In this document: piece after piece, positions 1 to 11,385 of the stretch
Numbering within the stretch: the stretch's first letter is position 1
Layout of the letters: each line of letters opens with the position of its first letter
Assembly: GCF_963506605.1 (NCBI RefSeq)
Contig: NC_083277.1
Location: forward strand, 8,742,001-8,806,000
From: Zootoca vivipara
Taxonomy: Eukaryota
DNA length: 64,000 nucleotides
Direction of reading: 5' to 3'
Position numbers and translations under genes: made by a program
The notes under the pieces: generated by a model
Told to the model about the DNA's origin: nothing
The model's input: only the letters and a program-made list of their open reading frames with translations
Database searches by the model: none

Positions 1-545
1 GGTTTGCTAGGGAAACTGAATTACTGTGTCGCGAAATGATGCATGTCTAAAAAGTGTGTCACCAACATGAAAAGTTTGGAAAGCTCTCCTGCTTGCAGTA
101 TAAGGGGGGCGGGGGAGAGAAGTGGGGAGAGAAGGGCGACTTTCATTCCTTTACGTACTGCATGTGCAAGGTTTTGGTTTCAGCGTCACGTGGGTAGGTT
201 CTTTTTCTATTCATTTATTACTTTTCATTGGCAATGACTAATCTTTGATTTAAAAAATTGCGGTTTTTTTTACATGTTTGTAAAAAACATATATATAAAG
301 CCATGGGGTCACTAAACGACTAAACAACAACAACATAAAAGTTTGGGGTTTCCTTTTTTAAAAAAGCTCATCTATCAGGGTGTTTTGTTTTTTACTTTTG
401 CAACCCTAAGGTCGGGGGGACCCCAGCCTATGGCTGTTTCCTTGCGTTGACTACAGTGGACAAATTAGAGATAATAATAATAAAAAGGGTAAAGGCCCCC
501 TGGATGGTTAAGTCCTGAATGGATATAATATAAGGAACATTGCGA

Positions 546-897
546 GGGACGCGGATGGCACTGTGGGTTAAACCACAGAGCCTAGGGCTTGCCGATCAGA
601 AGGTCGGCGGTTCGAATCCCCGTGACGGGGTGAGCTCCCGCTGCCCGGTCCCATCTCCTGCCAACCTAGCAGTTTGAAAGCACGTCAAAGTGCAAGTAGA
701 TCAACAGGTACCGCTGCAGCGGGAAGGAAAACGGCGTTTCGGTTTGCTGCTCTCGTTCACCAGAAGCGGCTGAGTCCTGCTGGCCCCATGACGCGGAAGC
801 TATACGCCGGCTCCCTCGGCCAATAACGCGAGATGAGCGTCGCAACCCCAGAGTCATCCACGACTGAACCTAATGGTCAGGGGTCCCTTTACCTTTA
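546..897 (+). mobile_element. Sauria SINE (Squam1), full length
   Basis: Starts GGGACGCGG..., has GGTTCGAATCC B-box, ends GGGGTCCCTTTACCTTTA; further copies at 8232, 25121, 48277, 62618. Confidence 0.9.
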
Positions 898-1176
898 AGT
901 AACATTGCAGCTTTGTAAAGGAATTAAAAAAACACCATGGGAGGGTGGATGGGAAGTCAACGGATATGAGAAATTACCGTAGTTATGCGTGTATTTTAAA
1001 AGAACTTGTAATATTTGAAAATTAAATAATTCAAAAAAATATAAAACAGAGATTGGAGAGCAGCCATAGCTCACTGGCATAGCAGATATTCCAGGTCCAA
1101 TTCGTGATTTATTTAAGAGAGGCTGGGAAAAGACCCCCGTCTAATACCAGGGAGCATTGCTAGTCCAGTGGAAAAT

Positions 1177-1320
1177 TGGTGTAGTGGTTAGAGCTCTGTG
1201 CTGAGACCTGGGAGGCCGGGGTTCAAATGCCCACCTGGCTGTGAAGCCCATTGGGTGACCTTGGGCCGGTCACTGTCTCTCAGTCTAGCCTACCTCACAG
1301 GGTTGTTCTGAGGAAGAAAT
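1177..1320 (+). mobile_element. tRNA-derived Squam3/MIR-like SINE fragment
   Basis: GGTGTAGTGGTTAGAGC A-box, GGTTCAAAT B-box, GGGTGACCTTGGGC...CCTACCTCACAGGGTTGTT core. Confidence 0.6.
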
Positions 1321-4089
1321 GGGGAGATGGGGAACCATGCACACTCCCTTGAGCTCCTGGCAGGATTGGTGGAGTATGAATGCAAGGAAGTAAAATACAC
1401 GCAAGCCGTGGGATACATTCAAGCCACACAGAAACCAGAGGTCTGTTTACATGCACACAGACCTCCATCCAAGCAGGTCAGGGGAATAATCGATGGCATA
1501 TTCATTTTGGAGCATTTAAAATATTCAGGGGGATACTCTCATTGCAGACTTTTTTCTTTTTAAAAAAGGGGTTATAATGTTATCTGGTTTTTTCTTAATG
1601 TCCAGATTTTTCCATTAAAAATATACACAATCTAACAGCAAGCTTTAATTTCATTTAATTAAATTACGTTTCATGTCAATTATTTTTATAAGCTTTATAC
1701 AATTAAATACCATTTTGCTTAAATGGTTTCCTGCACTCCATTATTTGTGCATATTTATAATTACTATTACTGCGCTTCATATTCATATTTATCTCTGGTT
1801 ACCATTGCATTTTACAAAATTTTACATTTTACCATTTCATTAAAATGCTTTCAAAGAGGAATAAACAAATGAAAGAGTTCCCTTCTTCTGCTCTCGAGAA
1901 TCTCCTCTTTCTCCCCGATGCAACGTGCAAACTTATTCGTGCAATGGGAAAAGCCAAAATGGCTTGTTTCTCCCGCCACCCTTTCCTGCCCCGCCCCATC
2001 ACCGGCATTCACGTGTTGCAGGGTTCAGACGGTGCCCTCTCACCCGTGTAGAGCTGCTTCCGAAGGGCCCCTCTGCTTGCAAAGACTCCTTCAGCCTCCC
2101 CTGAAAAACCTCTTTGCACCCCAGAGACTGCGATGGCCGGACACCTCCTGCAAAAGACCCACACAAATGGGGACTGGCCAGAGGAAACAGGCAGCCTGGG
2201 ATGTCCTAGTCCTTCGCTTCTTCCCTTTTCCCAGACCTAAAGGATTCTGGGATTTGTAGTCTGTTCCTCTGTGAGGGGGGGTAGTGCCTTTCGGCTCTGG
2301 GGAAGGGTGCTCATTGATTTTTATTATTCCTTTCTATTTACTGACTTACTGGCACACCAGTAAAGGATTGGTGCCCAGCAACAAGAAGAAGAAGGTGAAG
2401 CAAACATGAATTTCAACATGGTTGGATTCTAGAGTTGGAAGGGATCCCGAGGGTCATCCAGTCCAACCTCTGGCAACGCAGGACTCACATGGGGCTCGAA
2501 CCCATGACCCCGAGATTAAGAGTCTCATGCCCCCATCTAAACCAAAAGTACTGATCAGGGAGCAACCTGTGGCTGTTGGCGGCCTCTCAAGCTGACCCAC
2601 CTCACAGGGTTGTTGTGATGGTAGCTAGGAAAGCGGAGAGCACCAGAGGCCGCCATGAGTCCCTTGGAGAAAAGGCAAGAGATGAAAAATGCAGCTGGGC
2701 TCCTAAAGTGGTGTCCTGCCTTCTGGCTAAGGCTCACCCAACACATTTTTAACAGCGGGGATAGAAATTAGAGTACTTTGGCTGCTGCAGCTAGCCAAAC
2801 GCTGCTTTCTCTGCAATCCCCTCTCAGTTTGCAAGAGAGCAGGAGGCGAAAGAGGGAGATGCTGGACAACCTCACTCACTTCCAGTGTAAAACTGCCTTC
2901 AGCCCCCATCGAGGTTGAAACCAGGAGAATTGGGCACTTTTCAAAACCAAGGGGAGCTTACTCTTTTATTTATTTACTGAAAGTTGTCTGCTGTTGGACC
3001 ATTCAAAAAACAAACAAAACTCAAAGCGGAACGGTAAAAATATCAGTAAAAGGAATACCAGGAGCAAAATGGAAAATGTACATTTACTTTATGATGCTTT
3101 GAAATTCGAACTTCAGCGTTCTTAGTATGTTTGTACTCTTACTCATTAGTTTATTAATCCTTTCCTTTAATTTTTTGTTTTGTTTTTCTTACTTAGCTTG
3201 CATAAAGTGAGATTTGTTTATACTCTGTTGAGTGCAGTGCAGTGTGGGAAGGAGTTCTAGATTTTTTTTCTAGACAACCCCATTGCTGCAGACTTACATA
3301 GTAAGTTTTTTCGCTGTTACAAACAGCAGATGTGCTCACAAGAGTTTCCACTGCCATAGTGCAAGGGTTTGCTAGCACAGTTGCTTAAAGATGGCGCTGT
3401 TTGTAGGCGGCTCGACACACAAAGGTATGTGTATGCTGAAGAGTTTGCTAACACAGATGTTTTGATTACACTGTTGTAAGTAGCTCAACACAGGTCTTAA
3501 AACCCGGAGTCCAGAGAAGGGTACAGAGTTTGTCCTCAAGAGACAGTGAACCATGCCCAAAGGCTGTATGGGTGAAGACCATTTTCCTTGGAGAAGGAAG
3601 CTGGGCCGCGTCCAAACGGGCGTGTGTACCAACAAAGCCAACTGTGCAATTTCCTGATAGTCAAAGAGCTATGACGCCATGACTTATCAGAAGTGCAAGA
3701 TGGTATGGCCAATGCCAACTCCAGTTGCAGGTAGTTCCAAAGGTGAACTGCAGCACAGGGCATAAATCGGGGGAGTTTGTTAGGATTCATTCCCCGTCTG
3801 CAGTCATAGGGTTATTGTGTATCATATGACTGTATGTGTTTTCATTCAAACAGAGTGGAAGTGACGTAGACAGGATGTTTACGTGGGACTGTTGTTTCCT
3901 TTGTTTTTTCTCTTTACTGGCTGTGATGCCAGAGAGAGGGAGCCATGATGTAGAGCTCCCAGTTTGTTTATATGTAAATAAAGCAGTTAAGCCTTATTTA
4001 CTGACTTGTGTGTTGTTCATCACGTTTGTGAGAGCAATCGCATATTTGGCCCGTGGGACCAGTCTGACAACTGGCCCCTGGGATGGCCG

Positions 4090-4560
4090 AATTACTGACA
4101 CTAACATCCCAAAGGAGCAGGAAATACTTTTTATGTATGTGACAAGAGCCACACGGATGCTACTGGAATGAAGACAAAGTCCCGACCAGAGAAGAATGGC
4201 AAATCAAGCTTTTGGACTACACCAAAATGGCAAAACTGACCGGAAAGCTCAGGAACCAAGAAGACAAAAACTTCAAGAAAGAATGGGGAACATTTATAAT
4301 TAATTTAGGAGACTACCTGTAAGCAGATGAAAACATTAGCAGGATTTTAATCTCACTTGTAATGTAACAAATTCTATGGATAATATGGATAGATATGAAA
4401 TATAGATTTGATATAATATGGAGTTGAAAACGCTGACATTAGGACCCATTGAGGGGATATGGGGGGGGTGTCTCAAGATTCAGAGAAAACAACTCTGTAT
4501 ATGGAAATGTGTTTTGTTTTGTTGTAAATCTATAACTGAAAAATCAAATAAAAACTATTT
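4090..4560 (+). mobile_element. L1-like LINE 3' fragment (degenerate ORF2 end + 3'UTR)
   Basis: Translates to LFMYVTRATRMLL...PTREEWQIKLLDY, homologous to the minus-strand fragment at 14560-15030 (AITAARMIYARKW...PTKEEWQMKWMEH). Confidence 0.6.
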
Positions 4561-5296
4561 GACAGAGAGAGAGAGAGAGAGAAGGATGAAATGGAAAATG
4601 GAATCAAAGAGGACACAGAGACTTCAGGGAGCAATTTCAATAAAGGAAAGCTCTTCCCAGAGGTGTTTAGCGGAATGAAAAAGTAGAATTGTGATGTTGG
4701 AGGAGTGGAATGAAGCCATGGATGGAGAAATGAAGAGATACCCTGAGCCGGCAGAGATAGAGTTGAGAGAGTAAGATTTCCATCTACAACCTGGAAATTC
4801 AATTAATGAATACACAATAAGGAAAGGATTGTGGAATACTATTTTAATATATAAACAGAAGAAACTCTTGTGTGGACAAAGATGGAAAGACATTTTAACA
4901 TTTAATATGGAGGAATGGTTGTTGAAGTTACCGTAATAGAGGCAAAGTTCATAGGTTTGTTTAGAGAAAAATGATTGCTGAAATTTATTAATAGCAATAA
5001 TTAGAGAACCCCTTTTGGACTTTTCGTATATAAAGGAATAGGAAAATCAGATACATTTGGGATAGAAGACAGGGAAAATATTGCCTAACAGAAAGTAGAT
5101 CTGTTGAGTGTCATTCTAGGGTGAATATTTTGAATAATTTATGTAACAGACGGGAGAATCAGAAGTCCTTTTTTCTTCTATATTGCTGTTTTCCTTTGGT
5201 ATTTTCTCTTATCCGTCTTTTTGTTTCTGTTTTTTATTTAGATTTGTTTCTTTTATCATATTGTATTATGAAAAATCTGTAACAAAATCTTATTAA

Positions 5297-5510
5297 AACA
5301 ACATTTCCCGCACTCCCAACATTTATATGCTTTCTATTCCTTATGGAGTCTCTGGTGTTTTTTAAGGTTCCTCTGTGAGAAACATTTCTCACACGCTACA
5401 CACTGGTAAGGCCTCTCTCCTGTGTGGACTCTCTTGGGTATAAGAAGCCCCGAGTTTACAGTAAAACATTTTTCACACTCCAAGCATTTGTAGGGCTTGT
5501 CTCCTGTATT
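5297..5510 (-). pseudogene. Relic zinc fingers downstream of the gene A stop codon
   Basis: Minus strand reads [68 protein letters not shown], with a lost His and a stop. Confidence 0.8.
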
Positions 5511-5540
5511 GATTGTCCTAGGGATTATGAGATATTATTT

Positions 5541-7822
5541 CTAGGGTTCCGAATTAGTATGAATTCTTTGGTGTCTACGAAGGTTCGTACTCTTGGTAAA
5601 GAATTTTCCACATTCCATGCATTTGTAGGGCTTCTTTCCTGCATGGCTCTTCTGATGCATGATAAACCGCCATTCATTAGAAAAACATTCCTCACACTCT
5701 CTGCATTTATAGGATAACTCTCCTGTGTGGCTTTTCCGATGTTTCATAAGACTGTCTCTCCTCGAAAAGAATTTCCCACACTCTAAGCATTTGTAGGGCT
5801 TCTCGCCTGTGTGGGTTCTCTGATGAAGCACAAGACGGGATTTCTTAGGAAAACATTTCCCACATTCCAAGCATTTATGACATCTATCTACTGTATGTTT
5901 TTTCTGGTGCCCCTTAAGGGTATGTGAATGAGAAAATATCATTCCACAGTCCAAACATTTATATGGCTTTCTTGGGTGGACTCTCTGATGTCTAATAAGA
6001 TTTGATGAAGCAGAAAAACGTTTCCCACAATCTTCACATTTATAAGGCCCCACTCCTATGTGCACTTTCTGGTGTTCATCAAGGTCTGCTAGGCTGGCAA
6101 AGAGTTTTCTACATTGCACACATTTGTAGGCTTCCGATTTAGTATGGGTTTTCTGGTGACCACGAAGTGTCTTTTTCTTGGGAAAGGATTTTCCACATTC
6201 CATGCATTTGTAGGATTTCTCTCCTGCATGGCTCTTCTGATGGATGTTAAACCGTGATTTGCTAGTAAAACATTCCTCACACTCTGTGCATTTATAGGAT
6301 ATCTCTCCTGTATGGACTCTCTGATGTTTCATAAGACCCTCTTTCCTTGCAAAGCATTTCCCACATTCTAAGCATTTGTAGGGCTTTTCCCCTGTGTGGA
6401 TTCTCTGATGTTTTACAAGACTCTCTCTCCTATAAAAACATTTCCCACATTCCAAGCATTCATGGCATCTATTTACTGTATGTTTTTTCTGGTGCCCCTT
6501 AAGGGTATGTGAATGAGAAAATATCATTCCACAGTCCAAACATTTATATGGCTTTTCTGGGTGGGCTTTCTTATGTCTAGTAAGATGTGATGAAGTAGAA
6601 AAACATTTCCCACAATCTCCACATTCATAAGGCCCCTCTCTTATGTGCACTCTCTGGTGTTCATCAAGGTCTGCTAGGCCGGCAAAGCATTTCCCACATT
6701 CCCCGCATTTGTAGGGTTTCTCTCCTGTGTGGATTCCCTGATGGATTTCAAGTTCTGACGGCAAAACAAACCTTTCCCCACACTCCACACATTTATGGGG
6801 CCTCTCTCCATTGTGAACCGTCTGATGGCTCAAAAGGGCAGATTTATCAGAAAAACATTTCCCACACTCTGTGCATTGATAAGGTTTCTTTCCTGGGTGG
6901 ATTATCTGGTGTTGAACAAGATCTGATTTTGTGGGGAAGCATTTCCCACACTCCAAGCACATATGAGGCTTTTCTCCTGAATGGGTTTGCTGATGAATAA
7001 CAAGTTGTAGCCAACAAGAGAAGCATGACTCACATTCACTGCATTTGTGGGATTGCTCTCCTGTGGGGATTTTCTGGTGTACAAGAAGCTGTGATCTCCA
7101 GAGAAAACGTTTTTGGCACCCAACACATTGGTGGCGTCCTGTGCCTATGTGAATTCTCTGATGTTTCACAAAAGCTGATTGGCTAGGGAAATATTTCCTA
7201 CACTGCAAGCATTTATGTAGTTTCTTTCCACAGTGGCCCTCCCGATGGATCGCAAGGGCAGTGTGCCGAGCAAACGATTTGCCACATTTCATGCACTTAC
7301 AGGGTTTCCCCCCCTTATAGACCTGCTGACGTCTCACCAGTTGCTGCCATCTAGAAAAGCTCGTCTCAGACTGCAAGTACTTGTGCCGTTTTTTTCCTGT
7401 GTGGACTCTCTGGTGTTCACAAAGCTGCGAATTCCGGGGAAAACATTTCCCACACTCCAAGCATTTGTATGGTTTTATTCTTGTGTGGGCTCTGAGATGC
7501 TTCACAAAATCCGAGAGTCGGGAATGTTTCGCTCCACACTCCCAGCAGTCATAGGAGTTGTTTCCTGCATGGAACTTCTGATGGAGCAGAAGGACGGATC
7601 GGCGAGTAAATGTTTTCCCACACTCTGCACACTTATAGGGTTTTTCTCTTTGACAGGTTCTTTGGTGGCTCAAAAGCCCTGAACTCTGATCAAAACAGTC
7701 CCCGCTCTCACTGCCCTTCTGGGGCTTCTCTCCTGTGTGGATTCTCTGGTGTCCGGCAAGAGCCAACGTGAAGGCAAAGCACTCGCCACAGATCGGACAG
7801 GTATATTTTCTCCTGGTGTCAC
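5541..7822 (-). CDS. C2H2 zinc-finger array exon (gene A): ~24 intact + 3 degenerate fingers; upstream exons not identified
   Basis: 741-aa ORF of CxxC-x12-HxxxH repeats with TGEKPY linkers; polypyrimidine acceptor TTCTCTGTCTCTATGCAG|GT GAC ACC (phase 1) at 7822; stop TAG at 5541. Confidence 0.9.
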
Positions 7823-8231
7823 CTGCATAGAGACAGAGAAGGGGGGAAAGTTATTCTGAGTCTGGACGAGAAGGAACTACACAATACAAACTGAATGATG
7901 GTTGTGCTATGATATGCAATATATGAAGCTTGGACCTGTGAAAGCTCTCGCAGCTACCCATGAACAAATTGCATTAAGTATAGCCAGGGGTGGGCCCAGA
8001 TTTGGGCAAAATGCCCACAGCCCCACAAAGTGGCCTCACTTTAGTCATCACTTTTAATTTGTATACCGTCTTTCTATCTTACAATATCCAAGGTGGTTTA
8101 CAAGCTGAAGAAACAAAGAATGTACACCTTATAACAATCTAATGCAATACAAAATTGTGATAAGAAAACATAACTTTAAAATAAGCAACCTACATCAAAT
8201 AAAGTAGCATTCAACAATCACTAGAATAGTA

Positions 8232-8572
8232 TAAAGATAAAGGGACCCCTGACCATTAGGTCCAGTCGTAACCGACTGCGGGGTTGTGGCACTCATCTTG
8301 CTCTATCGGCCGAGGGAGCTGGCGTACAGCTTCCAGGTCATGTGACCAGCATGACTAAGCCGCTTCTGGTGAACCAGAGCAGCACACGGAAACACCGTTT
8401 ACCTTCCCGCCAGAGGTAGGTACTTGCACTTGACGTGTTTTCGAACTGCTAGGTTGGCAGGAGCTGGGACAGAGCAACGGGAGCTCACCCCTTCGCGGGG
8501 ATTTGAACTGCTGACCTTCTGATCGGCAAGCCCGAGGCTCAGTGATTTAACCCACAGCGCCACCCACGTCCC
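8232..8572 (-). mobile_element. Sauria SINE
   Basis: Reverse complement of the 546-897 element. Confidence 0.9.
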
Positions 8573-9789
8573 ATAGTATAGAATAGTATAGAATAATATT
8601 AAATATCAGCATATAAAAATCAAACAGAAACCCACTCTTAACAATTACAATAACTTCCAAACTACCATCAACAACACAACAGCAAGCCACAGTGCATAAC
8701 GTAATAGAATACAAATTGAGAAGCAGAGACTGGAGGGTGGGGCAAGGCAGGTTGAAGAAGGCCTTGCCTGATGGAGTCCCTCCCTCACAGAAGTGGCTTT
8801 TCAGGATGTGCAAGTGAGTGTACAAGGCTGCCATCCTATATCACCTTATCATTGGGGTCGGGTTCCCAGCAGCTTTTTTGGTGTTCCTTGCTGACATTCC
8901 ATGAAGGTGACTAAATCTTGTCATGATGTAGTGGAAGGTTGTTACAATTCCACCACCCCCCACCTTGAAAGCTACATTGAGCCACATGTGGAAGGTGTGA
9001 GTGCATGGCGGACTTTGGGCTTTGAAATTTCAACACTGCCCTGCGAAACGCTGAAATTCGTTTCCCCCCAAACAACTCTCCCCTTCCAATGTTCCTCATT
9101 GTTGTGTTGCCCCCAGTGGCTCCCTCTTGGCTTGGTGTTCCCCTTAACCTGCCTTTGGTGAGTGTGACAGCCAGTGTGGCAGAGTGTTTGTTGTGGGGGA
9201 GGAAGGGAAAGGAGATTGTTGGCTGCTTTGGGACTCCTTAGGGTAGTGGGATATCAAATCCAAACTCTTCTCCTCTGGCACCGTCGGTGGCATAATTTGC
9301 TCCTTATTTCTCCTTTCCAGAAGATTCCCTGATGCACAAAGACCTCTGGATATTGGGATATGTCAGTCAAATCCAACATTCTAAGAGAGGACCAACTGCC
9401 ACTATGTGTCAGTTAGTTTGGTCCGTTGGTCGGTTAGGCTGCTGCTTATAGAAGTGTTAAGAAGTAAATGCTCTGGTGGAGTCTTTTCAGGACTCACTCA
9501 TATCTTATATATAGTTTATATCTATTGTAACCTAAGTATGTACTCAATGAATCTGACAGTAAACTAGTTTATATTGTTATCATTCAGATTCATGTGTATT
9601 TATTCTTTCAAGAGGGACAAAAGGGATTAACAACCAAGAAGGCAGGAAGGACTCAAACGAGTCAGCAATCCGCTTGCTGCTGTGTAAATTCAATAAGGAA
9701 AGGTTTAACCCTGCTATATTATATATAAAGCTTCCTACGTGGATTCCTCTTTAACAACAGCAGCAGCAACAACAATTTTATTACTTATA

Positions 9790-9965
9790 CCCTGCCCATC
9801 AGGCTGGGTTTCCCCAGCCACTCTGGGCAGCTCCCAACAGAGGACTAAAAGCAGAATAAAACTTCAAACATTAAAAACTTCCCTAAACAGGGCTGCCTTC
9901 AGATGTCTTCTAAAAGTCAGATAATTGCTTATTTCCTTGACATCTGATGGGAGGGCGTCCCACAG
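9790..9965 (-). mobile_element. L2 LINE 3' end fragment
   Basis: GGCTGGGTTTCCCCAGCCACTCTGGGC tail and ORF2 end FRRHLKAALFREVFNV, as in 33709-34240. Confidence 0.7.
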
Positions 9966-10503
9966 GGCATACACCTCTGAAAACCATTTAGTCACTGACC
10001 TACCTGGACTTGCTGGGAGAGCGTAGGAGTGCTCCAGCAACAACATCTCTCCCAGGGGAAAGCCATTCTGCATCGTTCTCCTTGGCTTTCAACTGATGGC
10101 TTGGCAGAGGATCACGGAGGACGTGGGGCCGCCTCTTTTTACCACCCTGTATGAAAATAAAACTTTCAGCAGTGGCCTCTCATTGGCCTATGGGATATTT
10201 ATTTATTTAGTTAGTTATCTATCTTTACCCCACCCATCTGGCTGGGTTTCCCCAGCCACTCTGGGTGGCTCCCAACAGAATTCCATTTAATTTATTCACA
10301 TAATCATTGTCATCGACTTCCCTTCCCCCCTTCCATGGTTCCATATATTTACCCATTGCAACTGCATATTCTAATAATTGCTTCATTGCAGGGGGTTGGA
10401 CTAGATTTCCCGCAGATCCCCTTCCAACTCTTAAATTCTACCTCTCCCTGCTCTTTCCCTCACACACTCAGGAAAGTACGTGTCTGAGCAGTACCCCCCT
10501 TGC

Positions 10504-10862
10504 CAGAGGCGGAGCTTCATGCTCTGCCACCGGGGCAGAGAGAAGGTGCACTGCCCCCAGGGACGTGCACGCGGTCTGGGGGCGTGTCACGGCGCACGTT
10601 TTGGGGACAGGGCATGCCGTGTGCAGGGGCGAGATGTGCGTTTTGGGGGGTGGGATGCACGTTTTGGGGCAGGAAGTGCTGCACACAGGGGCGGGGCATG
10701 CATTTTGGGGCGGGGCATGCCATGCACAGGGGCGGTGTTTTGGGGTGTGCCCGAAGGGGCGGGGTGCGCGTTTGGGGGCAGGGCGGGCACCCGCGATGGC
10801 GCCCTTGGGATCACGCCGCTCGGGCACCCCGCCCCCACTGCCCCTATCTTCCTATGCCCCTG
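10504..10862. mobile_element. Non-autonomous hAT-type element (MITE), GC-rich
   Basis: Imperfect TIRs CAGAGGCGGAG / CTATGCCCCTG; perfect 8-bp TSD CCCCTTGC (10496-10503, 10863-10870); paralogous empty site near 13200. Confidence 0.8.
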
Positions 10863-10940
10863 CCCCTTGCCCCACTCCTTTCCACGGGAAAACTTGCTCT
10901 TTAGGGATTGGTTGGATTAAAGGCCAATCTGGGGAAAATC

Positions 10941-11385
10941 TTCCCCACTGCCGCCACTCACAGCGCAAAGCCGGCATGGAGCGCAGTTTCGGAGGTCTCC
11001 GAAACTGCGCTCTATGTCGGGGGAGGCAGACGGGAAGCGGCAGCGGGAGAAACTCTTCCCCCGCCGCCTCTCGCCGCGCACAGCCGGCATGGAGTGCAAC
11101 TTCAGAGACCTCCGAAACTGCGCTCCATGTCGGGGGAGGCAGGCAAGGCGGTGGCTGGGAGCAGAGAGCTTCTCCCCCCGCCGCCTCGCACACAGCCGGC
11201 ATCGGACGGGGCTTCGGAGACCTTCTCTGAAGCCCCATCGCATGCCGCCGCCAGTCCCCCAGAGCCTATAGGAACACATTAAGTTTCAATGCATTCCTAT
11301 GGGAAACTGGGACTCGCTAGATGAAAAATTCGTTACACGAATTGATCCGTGGAACGAATTGATTTCGTCTAGTGAGGCACCACTG
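10941..11385. mobile_element. Truncated Tc1/mariner (Tigger-like) MITE with internal hairpins
   Basis: Right end GAGGCACCACTG|TA; internal palindrome GAGCGCAGTTTCGGAGGTCTCCGAAACTGCGCTC with a degenerate second copy; absent from the paralogous copy at 13280-13380. Confidence 0.6.

Noticed and set aside
3350-4070. Possible solo LTRs here and at ~22030-22530, 35350-35750, 62970-63290
   Set aside because: AATAAA/TATA-like signals present, but termini and TSDs could not be fixed; left uncalled.
10307-11282. Cluster of long overlapping ORFs up to 307 aa
   Set aside because: Arise from GC-rich MITE interiors; they cross TE boundaries and have no recognisable domain.
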